This document shows, one piece after another, positions 20,135-30,135 of a stretch of DNA of 64,000 bases. This DNA comes from a virus. Taxonomy: Duplodnaviria; Caudoviricetes. Location: IMG/VR virus record IMGVR_UViG_3300028601_000022, positions 32,001-96,000 of that record; one strand, written 5' to 3'. Position 1 is the first letter of the stretch. Every line of letters begins with the position of its first letter. The notes under the pieces are model-generated. The model was given only the letters and a program-made list of their open reading frames with translations, was not told the DNA's origin and searched no databases. The translations under genes were made by a program, and so were the position numbers.

Positions 20135-20398
20135 CTAATCCTCGAGTACCTTATTTTCGTCCAGCCCAGAGACCAAGGTCTTAACCAACTTAGTGAGGTC
20201 ATCCACCTGCTTTATGAGACCGGGCACCCTTGGGTCATTGCCATCTGATAAAGCCACAAAGTCCTGCATGTTCACCTTATAGGTCTTTCCACCTATTTCG
20301 ATGATTCCCCAGACGGTATTATCCGTATCAAGGAATATTTCTGGGTTACAGGTATCCAGTTCCTCAATAAGAACGATGCGAGAAAGTTCACCAGCCAT
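20135..20398 (-). CDS. Small hypothetical tail protein
   Basis: AAGGAG RBS; C-terminal coiled coil. Confidence 0.65.
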   Translation of the reverse strand: MAGELSRIVLIEELDTCNPEIFLDTDNTVWGIIEIGGKTYKVNMQDFVALSDGNDPRVPGLIKQVDDLTKLVKTLVSGLDENKVLED

Positions 20399-20416
20399 AC
20401 ATAACTCCTTAGACCC

Positions 20417-21280
20417 TTAGTACGGGGTCACTTTCTGCACATAGATAAGGGCATAGTAGGGAGGCATCATGCCCTTGCCTTTTGCCGGGTCAGCATCGGT
20501 TGTATCCACAATGTCATGCGTATGACCGATACCCTTGCCAACTGGTGATGAATATACCCGATAGCCCTGTTCGGACTCTGTACCGATGTAGGTCTTTGCA
20601 GACGGCGGAGCACCGTAAGGCCACTTCTCTACGGCCAGGGCCTCGCCTGAGCCAGGCACCACGTGCCGATGCTTAGGAAGCTCGTCCTCGGTAAGAGCGT
20701 GTTCCTTTACAGCGAGCTTATCCGAAGTCCTGCTGCCACCGGCCTCATGAGGCGGCGTGTTAGGGCCAGCACAAATGATAAACTTGTCCTGTAAGTTGAC
20801 CGTTCCCTTTGTACCGTCACAGACGGCATAATGGGGATAGTCGATAAGAAACTGCGCAAGCTCCGCTTCGGTGCAGGAGATTGGCAGAATACCCCTTACA
20901 GGAACGCCGTGGTATGCAGCAGCATACGAATCAATCTGCGCCTGCATGCGTTCCAAGATAGGGGTTACAGCAGCCACTACCTGAACATTTATCATGTTAG
21001 ACAGGGCCGCAGTAAGACCGTCCTGTATCTCCTGGGCAGTAACGGTCTTCGATACATCGACACCATTGGCCGCAATTACATCGGTAAGTCCTTTCATGGA
21101 CGCCGACAACTGCTGCAATATGGTGTTCATAAGGGTGTTATCCGCGGGCTCGCCTGCAACAAAGCCTGACTTACGCCGAACATTGCTTTCGTAGGTTGCC
21201 GCATCCATCACAAGCTCAGGGTTTGTTATACCCTCAGCAAATGTAAGGAACGAGTTCACACCGGGTGTGACTTCAGCCAT
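20417..21280 (-). CDS. Tail collar-domain (short fibre/gp10-12-like) protein
   Basis: AVCDGTKGTVNLQDKFIICAG, HALTEDELPKHRH, HTH and MMPPYYALIYVQK motifs. Confidence 0.8.
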   Translation of the reverse strand: MAEVTPGVNSFLTFAEGITNPELVMDAATYESNVRRKSGFVAGEPADNTLMNTILQQLSASMKGLTDVIAANGVDVSKTVTAQEIQDGLTAALSNMINVQVVAAVTPILERMQAQIDSYAAAYHGVPVRGILPISCTEAELAQFLIDYPHYAVCDGTKGTVNLQDKFIICAGPNTPPHEAGGSRTSDKLAVKEHALTEDELPKHRHVVPGSGEALAVEKWPYGAPPSAKTYIGTESEQGYRVYSSPVGKGIGHTHDIVDTTDADPAKGKGMMPPYYALIYVQKVTPY

Positions 21281-21281
21281 C

Positions 21282-22622
21282 TTAGTCCTCCCGCTTATCT
21301 GCAACGGTTATAAATGCGAGAGCATCCGGGTCCGTTACGTCTGTACTGGCTACGATAGGAGTCCGGTTGCTTGTGTCATAGTTGTATTGAATCCACTGAC
21401 TTCCCCAGGTGCCGACGTCACCAAAGATAGACTTGAAGCCGAACACCTGACTAAGGAATGTATCGTGTTTGCCAAGAATAGGATGAACGACGGCGCTAAG
21501 GCTAAAGTCGTAGGACTTGTCCCGGTAGCCTCCTACACCGTGCATCATCATCAGACCGCTTTGGGCAGTAATGGAGTAGGAAGTATCTATGTAGCCGCCA
21601 ATAGTAGCGCCAAGCTTTATGAGGTCAACCGAATAGGCAACCTCAAAGTCCTGCATTACAGGGTAAACGTATTGGCGAGTAAAGTTAATGATTTTGTCAG
21701 CAAGGGAACCTGACGCCTTTGCAATGTCCAGGTTCACCCACAGCTTCCAGGTATCTGGAGTACCCTGAGGAGAAGATTCCCACCACTCTTCCCATCGCGC
21801 ATCGACACCAAGGAGTTCAAATACGAGGGAGAGGCCGGATTCATGACCTTTTAGGTAGTGAATCAGGGATATGTATTCCATGGTAGACTGCAACTCTTTT
21901 GAAGTCAGCCCCAGGAAGTCTGTAATGTAGTTATAACCAAATTCTGCCACGACCTCTTTAACCGAGGTAGACCGAAGGCGCACCTGGTCTGCATACTTGT
22001 AGGTAAGGTCGTCGAAGAAGGTTTCTTCATGCAACTTGAGGAAGTCCAGAATCTCAACAAGTTCCTGGAACATTGGCTCTTGAAGCCGCGCAGCCGGGAG
22101 AAGCTTTCCATAGGAAACGCGGCACTCCCAGATAACGGTATTGTCCGTTATGTATTCCCTTGGTGTTCTCGGCCAGTCAACATTGACCACAATCTTCTTC
22201 AGCCTGAAAACAAAGTACTGGTCTTCTGAACCATGCACTATGATTGGGCCAGCAGACGGGGACAGGAGAGCCCCTACTGTAACGTCCATTCGAGGGGACC
22301 AGGTCTTAGCAGCAAGGGCATCAGCCTGAGGCACCTCTTCTGGAACAAACTGCAACTGGTTGTCATAGGTGTAGGTACTAAGCAAATCCCAGGCAGGCTC
22401 GGTGAGAGAGGTCTTCCCGTATGTATCACCCTGCGTAACACCTGCAGTGGTAGCAACATACAGGTAGCCAGGATAGGTAGGGACATAGACGTAATCGTCC
22501 ACGTTGTATGCAGCACCAGACTGGTACTCACCGCGAAAGGTGTACTTAACACCAGTAGCCGTTGCCTGCAAGTTGCGCACGATACTTTCGGTTTCTGACG
22601 CGGATACAATAGGGCTAGCCAT
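21282..22622 (-). CDS. Baseplate wedge subunit (gp7/P2 gpI-like) with N-terminal CBM-like modules
   Basis: LIHYLKGHESGLSLVFELLG...WEEWWE motif; immediately downstream of the gp6-like gene. Confidence 0.65.
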   Translation of the reverse strand: MASPIVSASETESIVRNLQATATGVKYTFRGEYQSGAAYNVDDYVYVPTYPGYLYVATTAGVTQGDTYGKTSLTEPAWDLLSTYTYDNQLQFVPEEVPQADALAAKTWSPRMDVTVGALLSPSAGPIIVHGSEDQYFVFRLKKIVVNVDWPRTPREYITDNTVIWECRVSYGKLLPAARLQEPMFQELVEILDFLKLHEETFFDDLTYKYADQVRLRSTSVKEVVAEFGYNYITDFLGLTSKELQSTMEYISLIHYLKGHESGLSLVFELLGVDARWEEWWESSPQGTPDTWKLWVNLDIAKASGSLADKIINFTRQYVYPVMQDFEVAYSVDLIKLGATIGGYIDTSYSITAQSGLMMMHGVGGYRDKSYDFSLSAVVHPILGKHDTFLSQVFGFKSIFGDVGTWGSQWIQYNYDTSNRTPIVASTDVTDPDALAFITVADKRED

Positions 22623-25534
22623 TATACCATCTCCTCACCGCGTAAGGTAATCTTGAACTCGGACCGGAAGATGTAATACTCGTTCCAGGCGAGAGGAAGG
22701 ATTCTCTCTTGCGGATTAAAGGACAGCCAGTAAAGCTCGTTATCCCGTACCATCTTGTTCGCTTCCTGGGGCCACGCAGGTTCATTGTAAGCAATGTCTG
22801 TTACCTTGGCAACAAGGCTGCTGAACAGGATGTTTACTGGAGTAGCCATGGAGCCGAGGAAGTATGTGGTACCTGGAAGCCAACTTGCAGGAGTGCTGCT
22901 AACAGAGGAGCGGGAAACCATTGTCCAGGTAATGCTTCCTTCTGTAACAGTTTCCCCTTCGACAGTAGGCCACGAGGGCTCAACATTTCCGCTCACGCCA
23001 CGGTCAGGGAATGCAGTATAACCAGAGGTCTTCCCTTGAAGTGTTCCGGCAACAACCTTAGCGCGATAGAGAAGGTCAGTATATCCAGCCTCGTCAAGTC
23101 CAGCCCAGCCCTTCGTGTAGTCCGTAGCCCTAGCTGACGGTAGGCCGCTGAATCCAGGAGCAGGAGCACGGTTGCTAGGAATTACAACGTCCCCGTCTTT
23201 GCATAGCATGCCTGGCTGCCAGTTCTTGGTCTTGCTGTTCTCCAGACAATATACGCGGGCTACCCGCACATAGTCGAGGTTCTGCTCAAGGACGTTTTCA
23301 AAGTCAATAATGCGCAAGTCCAACGCAAGCACCTTCTGGTACCTGTTAAGTATGGCTTGCACATCAGCCCTCACCTGCGATTCATCAACCTTGCGAAGCA
23401 GGTCAAGATAGATGCCAAGACCAACATGAACAAGAACCGGGTCCTGTATTACGGGAGGCTGCACACCAAAAGGCCTGTAAGCCTCAAGGGTACGCTGTGC
23501 CGTATTCTTTTGATAGACTTCGGAAGTGAGAGTATCGTAGCACTCCCATTCAATTTCGCCGTCAAGGCAGGTGCTGCATATGGTAGTAGGCCAGTCAGGT
23601 TCAACTGCACCGGAGGTGCCAGCATTGCGAGCCTTATAGAAATAGCCTGTTTCAAGAACCGGCTGGACAAGGTCGCCTGCGTTGTATGCGGTATTTGTCT
23701 GGTAGTAGGAGGCAGTATAGCCCTCAAGATATATGGTTTCTGCACACACCCACTCCACCTCGTTATCCACAACCGTAGAGCCTATGAGTGCCGGCCAGTC
23801 AGGTTCAGAATCTACGCGGTCAACGCGGAACATTATACCGGGAAAGGATTCGCTGTCGCTGGGCAGGCAGTAATCTCCTACGTTGTAAACAAATTTTGAA
23901 CGCCATTTGACTGCACCAGCAACGGGGTTAAGTGCAAGGGTACGCCATATGACCTGCCCGTCCTCAGTGAGGGTATTCAGGGACTTTGACCATATAGGTT
24001 CCACATCCAGAGTTTTACCACTCTGGTTACTTGCGACGTAGCCTCCGCGCGTTGCCTTATAGATGAAGCCGTTCTGGTAGCTAGGGAGAATTTCATCACC
24101 CTCGCTAACCATGATGCTAGGGGCCCACGTTTTCTGCGTGTGGTCCTTTACGTAGGTTACGGCAACAACGGCTGGGCTAATGTCGTAGGAGTTTGTATCT
24201 GAAATGTTGGAGATAACCGAGCGCAGGAGTTTCCTGTAGTCCTCACGACCGCGAATAACATGCTGCGTTTCATGGTACAGTGGAGCGGTTTCCTGGATAC
24301 GCGATATTGATTCAGGCTCCTGATACTTGCTCTGTATTGTGATGGCACTTGCAACGCCGCAGTCAAAAGCGAGCTTGTCAGAGTCAAAGGTAATCTCTTC
24401 CGTTTCCACATACAGGAGTTTGAGGATGTCACCGGTATCGTAGTTGTACTTCGATTCGGTATAGGTATCCACGCAGCCCCAGGTAATCTTTCCTTCTGTA
24501 ATGGTAGCACCAATCACGTTAGGCCAGTTGGGCTCGGAATTGCCGCTTACAGCCATTCCCTGGGTTAGGCTCTTAAAGTAACGGGGAGTTTCCTTCTTTC
24601 CCGTGTTCTTCCAGGTATTGTTTCCTGCATCAACGGACTGACCCTGTACTGTAGGCCAAGTAGGCTCAATAGAACCTGAAATGCCGGCTTTTGTGCAAGT
24701 GTAGAAGACCGGAAGATTGCTGCTATCTGACAGGCTTGTGACCACATCGCCTACGTTGTACTGGTGGTTTACACGCCAGGTATAGTTAGGCTTGATGTAG
24801 TCATAGAAGGTATAGCGCGACATGGGAGACCAAGCAGCCGGAGGATAGCGGTTGGTGTAAAGAACGTCAATGCCACCAACGCTGTTGCTGAGGACTGCAA
24901 AACTATCCTTCAGTACATCCAATATAGAACGGCTATATGGAACTTCGCTGCCATTAAGCTGGAGCAGAATATCTTCTGATACCTTGTCAGAGTAGAAACG
25001 GAACCAATGGGTTTTTGCAGAGGGAATGGAGATGGATTCTTCCATCAACTTGCCCACAGAAACAAGCAATTCAGCTTTCTGGCCGTAGGTAAATACCTTG
25101 TCCTCCAGAGAAACCAGGTCGAGAGTAGACATGCTGCCTACAATGTCGAACTTCTTTACAGTTCGGGTAGCGTCCGGGACGAAGGTAATAAGAAGATGAA
25201 GGTTCTGGCCGCGAAATACAGGATAACCAAGAGTAGAGGCAACGGAAAGAGCGGAGCTCCTCTGCTTCGCCTCAAAAAGAAAGGCCTCTCGCCTGGCTGT
25301 GATTGCATTGTAGGCATTGTATTCGGAATGGCCAGCCATAAGCTGCATAATCGTGGTGCCAACCGAACCAGCCCAGAAGTCCTTCCAGCTGCTTTCAGGG
25401 TCTTTGCTGAGGACAAACTCCTGGGCAATCTTGTATATGTTGAGGTATGAGGTCTGCTGCCTGTCAAGAAGGAACAGGGTATCCACAGACCCAGAGGTAG
25501 TTCTCTTGTTAGGATTTGTCGTGCTGATATCCAT
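22622..25534 (-). CDS. Baseplate wedge protein (T4 gp6-like) with inserted CBM-like repeats
   Basis: WKDFWAGSVG...REAFLFEAKQRSSALSVASTLGY and EPESISRIQETAP...REDY are gp6/gpJ motifs. Confidence 0.8.
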   Translation of the reverse strand: MDISTTNPNKRTTSGSVDTLFLLDRQQTSYLNIYKIAQEFVLSKDPESSWKDFWAGSVGTTIMQLMAGHSEYNAYNAITARREAFLFEAKQRSSALSVASTLGYPVFRGQNLHLLITFVPDATRTVKKFDIVGSMSTLDLVSLEDKVFTYGQKAELLVSVGKLMEESISIPSAKTHWFRFYSDKVSEDILLQLNGSEVPYSRSILDVLKDSFAVLSNSVGGIDVLYTNRYPPAAWSPMSRYTFYDYIKPNYTWRVNHQYNVGDVVTSLSDSSNLPVFYTCTKAGISGSIEPTWPTVQGQSVDAGNNTWKNTGKKETPRYFKSLTQGMAVSGNSEPNWPNVIGATITEGKITWGCVDTYTESKYNYDTGDILKLLYVETEEITFDSDKLAFDCGVASAITIQSKYQEPESISRIQETAPLYHETQHVIRGREDYRKLLRSVISNISDTNSYDISPAVVAVTYVKDHTQKTWAPSIMVSEGDEILPSYQNGFIYKATRGGYVASNQSGKTLDVEPIWSKSLNTLTEDGQVIWRTLALNPVAGAVKWRSKFVYNVGDYCLPSDSESFPGIMFRVDRVDSEPDWPALIGSTVVDNEVEWVCAETIYLEGYTASYYQTNTAYNAGDLVQPVLETGYFYKARNAGTSGAVEPDWPTTICSTCLDGEIEWECYDTLTSEVYQKNTAQRTLEAYRPFGVQPPVIQDPVLVHVGLGIYLDLLRKVDESQVRADVQAILNRYQKVLALDLRIIDFENVLEQNLDYVRVARVYCLENSKTKNWQPGMLCKDGDVVIPSNRAPAPGFSGLPSARATDYTKGWAGLDEAGYTDLLYRAKVVAGTLQGKTSGYTAFPDRGVSGNVEPSWPTVEGETVTEGSITWTMVSRSSVSSTPASWLPGTTYFLGSMATPVNILFSSLVAKVTDIAYNEPAWPQEANKMVRDNELYWLSFNPQERILPLAWNEYYIFRSEFKITLRGEEMV

Positions 25535-25545
25535 ATACCCTTTCC

Positions 25546-25962
25546 TTATGAACCCGCCAGGTCCTTAGTGAATTGCTTTTTGTATATACCGGAGATAATC
25601 AACGAAGTATCATCCAGACCAACCAAATCGAACACTAGGTGCATATCATATGCGTTGTCGTCAGGGAGGGGTGTAATAACGGTTTCGGTAAGATTGGTAG
25701 TCACCCTGGGCTCCCAAGCCATAACGGCATTGATAATGCCGAACCGTATTTCATATGCCGTAGTGTCGTCTACCTGCTCGAAAAGGTTGTCAGGAAGATT
25801 TACACCGTAGGTAACCTCGTTTAGACGCTCGCCAACAACTGTGGTGAGAAGGTTGTGCAGAGAATAAAACACTGCATCCCTGTTTGTCGTAAGGGGAGGT
25901 GTGCCCGGTGTGATTTTTGCGGAGTTCACGTCCGTATAGACGCATTTCTCAATAGCTAGCAC
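25546..25962 (-). CDS. Baseplate wedge subunit, gp25/GPW-like
   Basis: SLHNLLTTVVGERL...YGVNL..LFE...WEPRV. Confidence 0.9.
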   Translation of the reverse strand: MLAIEKCVYTDVNSAKITPGTPPLTTNRDAVFYSLHNLLTTVVGERLNEVTYGVNLPDNLFEQVDDTTAYEIRFGIINAVMAWEPRVTTNLTETVITPLPDDNAYDMHLVFDLVGLDDTSLIISGIYKKQFTKDLAGS

Positions 25963-26029
25963 GTTACCCTCCAGTTACGTGGGCCCTGTAGAATAGGGCC
26001 CGTATCTGCATTAAAATTTCTTGTGTTAT

Positions 26030-26311
26030 CTAAGGGGAAAAGACGTTCGGTGAACCCTGGCATACAGAATCACCACAGCTAAGTGGGTGACCTATGCGCT
26101 GAACCGCACTACCATTTGCATACACGTTAGACTCACCTACGTAAGTAGCGCCGTGACAAGGAGGCGGGCAGCAATGAGGAACGCGAGTATCACCGTTACG
26201 AACTACAGGTTTTCCATTAATGAATACGTTAGGGCTCCAGGATGAAGGAACCTCAGGAGGCCAGCAACCATGACCACACGTAAAGTCTCCCTGTCTGTGT
26301 ACGGCCGGCAT
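26030..26311 (-). CDS. PAAR spike-tip protein
   Basis: RQGD..GHGCWPP...SPNVFING....R.GD...H...GSPNVF. Confidence 0.9.
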   Translation of the reverse strand: MPAVHRQGDFTCGHGCWPPEVPSSWSPNVFINGKPVVRNGDTRVPHCCPPPCHGATYVGESNVYANGSAVQRIGHPLSCGDSVCQGSPNVFSP

Positions 26312-26320
26312 ATGCACTCC

Positions 26321-26536
26321 TTATTCGAAGCCTGGTGAGCTATGTCGGGCTGACCGAGACCCTCCAAGTTCAATCATGCTTGTGTCATGACGGTGGTGAG
26401 GAACAAAGCCTTGCAGCTTCATCCAGCACTCTTCGCATCTGTAATCTGTAATCATTTTATTGCAACCTGGGGTATGGCATTTACGCAGGTTCCGTTTCGT
26501 TTCTTCCTTTATTCTGCGGACTCTAGGGGTTCCCAT
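26321..26536 (-). CDS. Small Cys-containing protein
   Basis: CHTPGC...CEEC; GAGG RBS. Confidence 0.55.
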   Translation of the reverse strand: MGTPRVRRIKEETKRNLRKCHTPGCNKMITDYRCEECWMKLQGFVPHHRHDTSMIELGGSRSARHSSPGFE

Positions 26537-26629
26537 CTTAACGCCTCGATTCCTAAAGGTTTAACTCACCTCTTTGCAGAGTTCCCTAACCGACAATAAC
26601 ACTACTTTTATCGAATAGCAATACAATCA

Positions 26630-26670
26630 GCGGAGCAGCGTGTCCTGGAAAACCAGAACACGCTGTCCGC
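26630..26670 (-). terminator. Stem-loop after the tail tube gene
   Basis: CAGCGTGT..TGG-AAAA-CCA..ACACGCTG inverted repeat about 10 nt after the stop. Confidence 0.55.
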
Positions 26671-26680
26671 AGGTAGCCAC

Positions 26681-27289
26681 CTAAGAGGTGAAGCCGTCAG
26701 CGTAAACCGAGGGGAAGACCAGGTCTGCCGAAATCGCCTCTTCCGTGAAGTAGTCAAAGGCGAAGCTGATAGCAGGCTGCATCGGGTCTGCGGTAGAGCC
26801 GTCGAAGTCACCACGCTGGTAGCCTTCCACATACACACCGATAAGGGTGTATTTGTAGATGGGTTCATCCAGGTTGTTAAGCTGGTAAAGTTCAATGATG
26901 CCTTCAAGGTCGGCCTTGAACTGCGTGATACCAGAACTGTTGCCTGTGGGAACTTCGCGGTTGGTATCCCAATACAGGTTGTGCCAATCATGCAGCATCT
27001 TCTGCACGAAGGTATCGTTGGTTTCCATCAGGGTGCAGCTCCACGGGCTGGTGTATTCAGCAGTACCCGGCTGGCGCACTTTGTTGCCGCGAATCTGTAT
27101 TTCAGCCGAAGTACCGGTCTTTTCAGGCACCGAGGCCGAAAGGGCGCGGATGTTGAAGTCCTGACTGGCATTTGCCCACTGCGACATTTTGTTGGGCCAC
27201 TGGGTTACCTTAATACCCCAGCGAAACATCTGGCTGAAATTACCAAGTTTTCGCAGGTTATTGGTAGAGGGCCGAAGGGAGTTCGCCAT
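26681..27289 (-). CDS. Tail tube protein (T4 gp19-like)
   Basis: SASVPEK...IRGNKVRQPG..EY..WSCT..E...LYQLN...YTLIGVY...FAFDYF. Confidence 0.85.
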   Translation of the reverse strand: MANSLRPSTNNLRKLGNFSQMFRWGIKVTQWPNKMSQWANASQDFNIRALSASVPEKTGTSAEIQIRGNKVRQPGTAEYTSPWSCTLMETNDTFVQKMLHDWHNLYWDTNREVPTGNSSGITQFKADLEGIIELYQLNNLDEPIYKYTLIGVYVEGYQRGDFDGSTADPMQPAISFAFDYFTEEAISADLVFPSVYADGFTS

Positions 27290-27367
27290 AACATCTCCTG
27301 TTCGTTTAATTGTATGATATTGGCATAACCAAGCATTTACAGTACCTGGGTTAAAAGGGGATACTCG

Positions 27368-29311
27368 ATGAACAAAGCTTCAAAAACCGTCTTTGAAAAG
27401 CACGTGGCTTCTGCTTATACAGGATACGATTGGTCTTCCTTAGAACTTGACAAAAGTGGTAAACTATCCCCTCATGGTAAGAAAACCAACCTTAAATGCT
27501 ATGAGTCCTTTTCTGCGCAGTACCCCTCGGTATGCCCTACCTTTGAATATTTCAAGCTCCTGTCCAGGTTCTTCCTGTCATATCACTTAAATACAACCAG
27601 GGTTATAAGCAGCTATGTTTGCCCGGTTTGCCGAAGCGCCCCTAAGAAAGGAATATGCAATAGCGGCAAGAACGGTAAGTACAAAGGTGAAACCTGCGGT
27701 AGCCTAGAGTGCCAGACCGAACTTAGAAAAAGAACTAACATGGAGAAGGGAGGCAATACCTGCGCTCTCCATCGTTCTGATGTAAAGTCTAAGGTAGAAG
27801 CATCCTTTCAGCGGAACTGGGGAGTTAATAACGCAGGTCAGTCCGAAAAGATACGGAACAAGTGGAAACAGACAAACAGGGAAAAGACAGGATATGACTT
27901 CCAGTTTCAGAATCCGTCTATTCGGAAAAAGATAAAGGAAACCTGCATAGAGAAGTACGGAGCTCCTAACGTAATGTGCGCAGAGTCCTCTATGCGGAAA
28001 GAAATAGACAAGAAGCTCAATTCAGAGGCTACCGTTCGGAAAAGACGGGAAACCATGAAAACCCGCGGTGTAATAGGATGTAAATCCTCTTCAGAAGATA
28101 ACCTATACCGGACGTTACTAGAATACTTCCCTGAGGTAGAGCGCCAGTACGGGGACGACAGGTACAACTTTAAATGCGACTTCTATGTACCTATAAATGA
28201 CCTGTTTATTGAATACCAAGGATACTTTTGCCATGGTGGTAGGCCGTATAATACAAAAGACCCAGTTTGCCGGTCTTTGGTGAAGAAATGGGAGCATAGG
28301 GCGTCTTTAAAGTATAAGAAAGGAAAACACGCGCCCTTTTACTCAAACGCCATCAAAATCTATACAGAATTGGATGTGCGGAAAAGAAACACCGCAAGAA
28401 ACAATTCCTTAAATTGGAAGGAATTTTTCTCTGAACCAGAAGTTCTTGCTTGGCTAAGTAGCCTGTACCCTAACACCTACTATGACAAACTAAAGGTTAT
28501 ATTCAAGGTCTCCGCACTAAGACGGGAATATGAACTAATACACGCCTCAATACCAGGCTATGATAAGGTTCCAAGGCATAATAAGCTAGTCTTACAGTTT
28601 CAAAGTAGGTTATTCTTTAAGCAGGAACTGAAAATGTGGAAAGACCAGAGAGTAAGGGAGAAGCTTGTAGCCAACAGGCTTAAGTACATAGGGAAAGGCT
28701 GGGGAGAGCTGACGGCATGGGAGATTTTAAGGGGATTCAAAATAAGCGGCATGGTGAAAGCACCATTTTCCCACTTTAGCCAGCACTGGATGAGAAAATT
28801 TATAGAGGACTACAAGGTTACCAGCATATATGACCCGTGCGGTGGGTGGGGGCACCGGCTTACTGCGTGCACGAGGGAATTCCCGTATATCTATAATGAT
28901 ATAAGAAGTAAGGTTACCGCGAACTGCAAAGAGCTAGCCGAGTTTCTAGGGATGGAAAATAAAGTCTTCTATAACGAGGACGCAGCCAGCCTATCCCCTA
29001 AGGAAAACTATGATGCAGTCTTTACCTGCCCGCCTTATTGGAACACGGAAGTATATTCTACGAAGGGGGCCGAAAACCTGCCCAGGGAGGGGTTCTTTAA
29101 ATGGTGGGGTAAGGTAATAAAAGCTGCATGCAAAAAGAAGCCCAGGTTGTTTGCTTTCGTTATTTCAGGGTATTTAAAGAAAGAAATGGTTGAGGTATGC
29201 AAAAACAAAGGTCTTAATTTTGAAGCCTCTTATGAGTTAGGGAGAAGTAAAAGCCACTTCAATAAGGGGCCTATTAGCTCAAAAGAGTACCTAGTGATAT
29301 TTACAACATAG
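27368..29311 (+). CDS. Fusion of a Zn-ribbon/KYG-repeat DNA-binding region, a PD-(D/E)XK nuclease and an amino-DNA-methyltransferase
   Basis: CPVC..TCGSLEC; KETCIEKYG repeats; KCDFYVPINDLFIEYQG; YDPCGGWGHRL (SAM binding); FTCPPYW (catalytic). Opposite strand to neighbours and A-rich codons. Confidence 0.8.
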   Translation: MNKASKTVFEKHVASAYTGYDWSSLELDKSGKLSPHGKKTNLKCYESFSAQYPSVCPTFEYFKLLSRFFLSYHLNTTRVISSYVCPVCRSAPKKGICNSGKNGKYKGETCGSLECQTELRKRTNMEKGGNTCALHRSDVKSKVEASFQRNWGVNNAGQSEKIRNKWKQTNREKTGYDFQFQNPSIRKKIKETCIEKYGAPNVMCAESSMRKEIDKKLNSEATVRKRRETMKTRGVIGCKSSSEDNLYRTLLEYFPEVERQYGDDRYNFKCDFYVPINDLFIEYQGYFCHGGRPYNTKDPVCRSLVKKWEHRASLKYKKGKHAPFYSNAIKIYTELDVRKRNTARNNSLNWKEFFSEPEVLAWLSSLYPNTYYDKLKVIFKVSALRREYELIHASIPGYDKVPRHNKLVLQFQSRLFFKQELKMWKDQRVREKLVANRLKYIGKGWGELTAWEILRGFKISGMVKAPFSHFSQHWMRKFIEDYKVTSIYDPCGGWGHRLTACTREFPYIYNDIRSKVTANCKELAEFLGMENKVFYNEDAASLSPKENYDAVFTCPPYWNTEVYSTKGAENLPREGFFKWWGKVIKAACKKKPRLFAFVISGYLKKEMVEVCKNKGLNFEASYELGRSKSHFNKGPISSKEYLVIFTT

Positions 29312-29400
29312 GAGAAAAGAATGCACCAGGGCACAAGATACTTAACGGCGGAAGCCTAAGACGGTTGCAATCACCGGCTCTACCAAGTTCAGGACGCTAG

Positions 29401-29507
29401 ACGTGTATATTGACACGCATTGCTGAAAATAGCCCAAAAAGAGGCTCCTATGATACCCCAGGATACACCACAGGGTACTCATAGGAGCTTCCTTTTCCTC
29501 ATTTCCT
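29401..29507. repeat. Intergenic palindromic element, copy 2
   Basis: GGCTCCTATGATACCCCAGGATACACCACAGGGTACTCATAGGAGCTT, preceded by CGTGTATATTGACACG. Confidence 0.85.
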
Positions 29508-29535
29508 GATGCAACGCAGGAATGTGGTTGCTCGG

Positions 29536-30132
29536 TTATTTGCGTTTGGCAGCACCGGGCATGTATTTGTGAACGTCCTTCATTTGGCGTTGAACGTCGC
29601 CTTCGGTCACCTTGAAGCCTTCAACGGCATCGTCAAGAATGACCGTGTTGGACGCAGTAATACTTGCAGCTTCGGTAATGGGTTCGCCCATTACACCAAG
29701 GGCAGCGCAAGCCGCAGTGATGGCTGCTTCTTCCAGTTCGTAGCCTGCGTAGCTGTGGTTGCAGCCAGGGCACACCGGGTCACCGATGCAGGCCGTAAGC
29801 TTGCACTTAGGGCACACTTTCAGGATATGCTCATTGGCCGCGGCCAACACGGTAAGCTTGCCTCCGGAGAAGTCAAACGTAAACGTGCTGTTTACAGAAG
29901 CGGCGCCAGTGAGACCGTGCGCACCAATAAGGGGACGATAGGGGCGCCCGTAGTTGTCGGCCACGCGATTGTAGTTAAGGATGATGGATACCATGTTGCG
30001 CAGGGTAGAAGCGTTGGCTTCTGCCAGGAAAGGGCATTCTTCAAGCAGGTTTTCCACGACAGCCGCTTCCAGGGCTTCCCGAGTATCAAACACTTTCTTG
30101 CTGAGGGATTCAGCAATTGATATGATGGGCAT
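29536..30132 (-). CDS. Hypothetical Zn-ribbon-containing protein
   Basis: CPKC...CPGC; AGGAG RBS; coupled to the portal gene. Confidence 0.7.
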   Translation of the reverse strand: MPIISIAESLSKKVFDTREALEAAVVENLLEECPFLAEANASTLRNMVSIILNYNRVADNYGRPYRPLIGAHGLTGAASVNSTFTFDFSGGKLTVLAAANEHILKVCPKCKLTACIGDPVCPGCNHSYAGYELEEAAITAACAALGVMGEPITEAASITASNTVILDDAVEGFKVTEGDVQRQMKDVHKYMPGAAKRK

Positions 30133-30135
30133 GGT

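Noticed and set aside
29340-29390. tRNA-like fragment ending in CCA
   Set aside because: No TTC T-loop consensus or cloverleaf could be built
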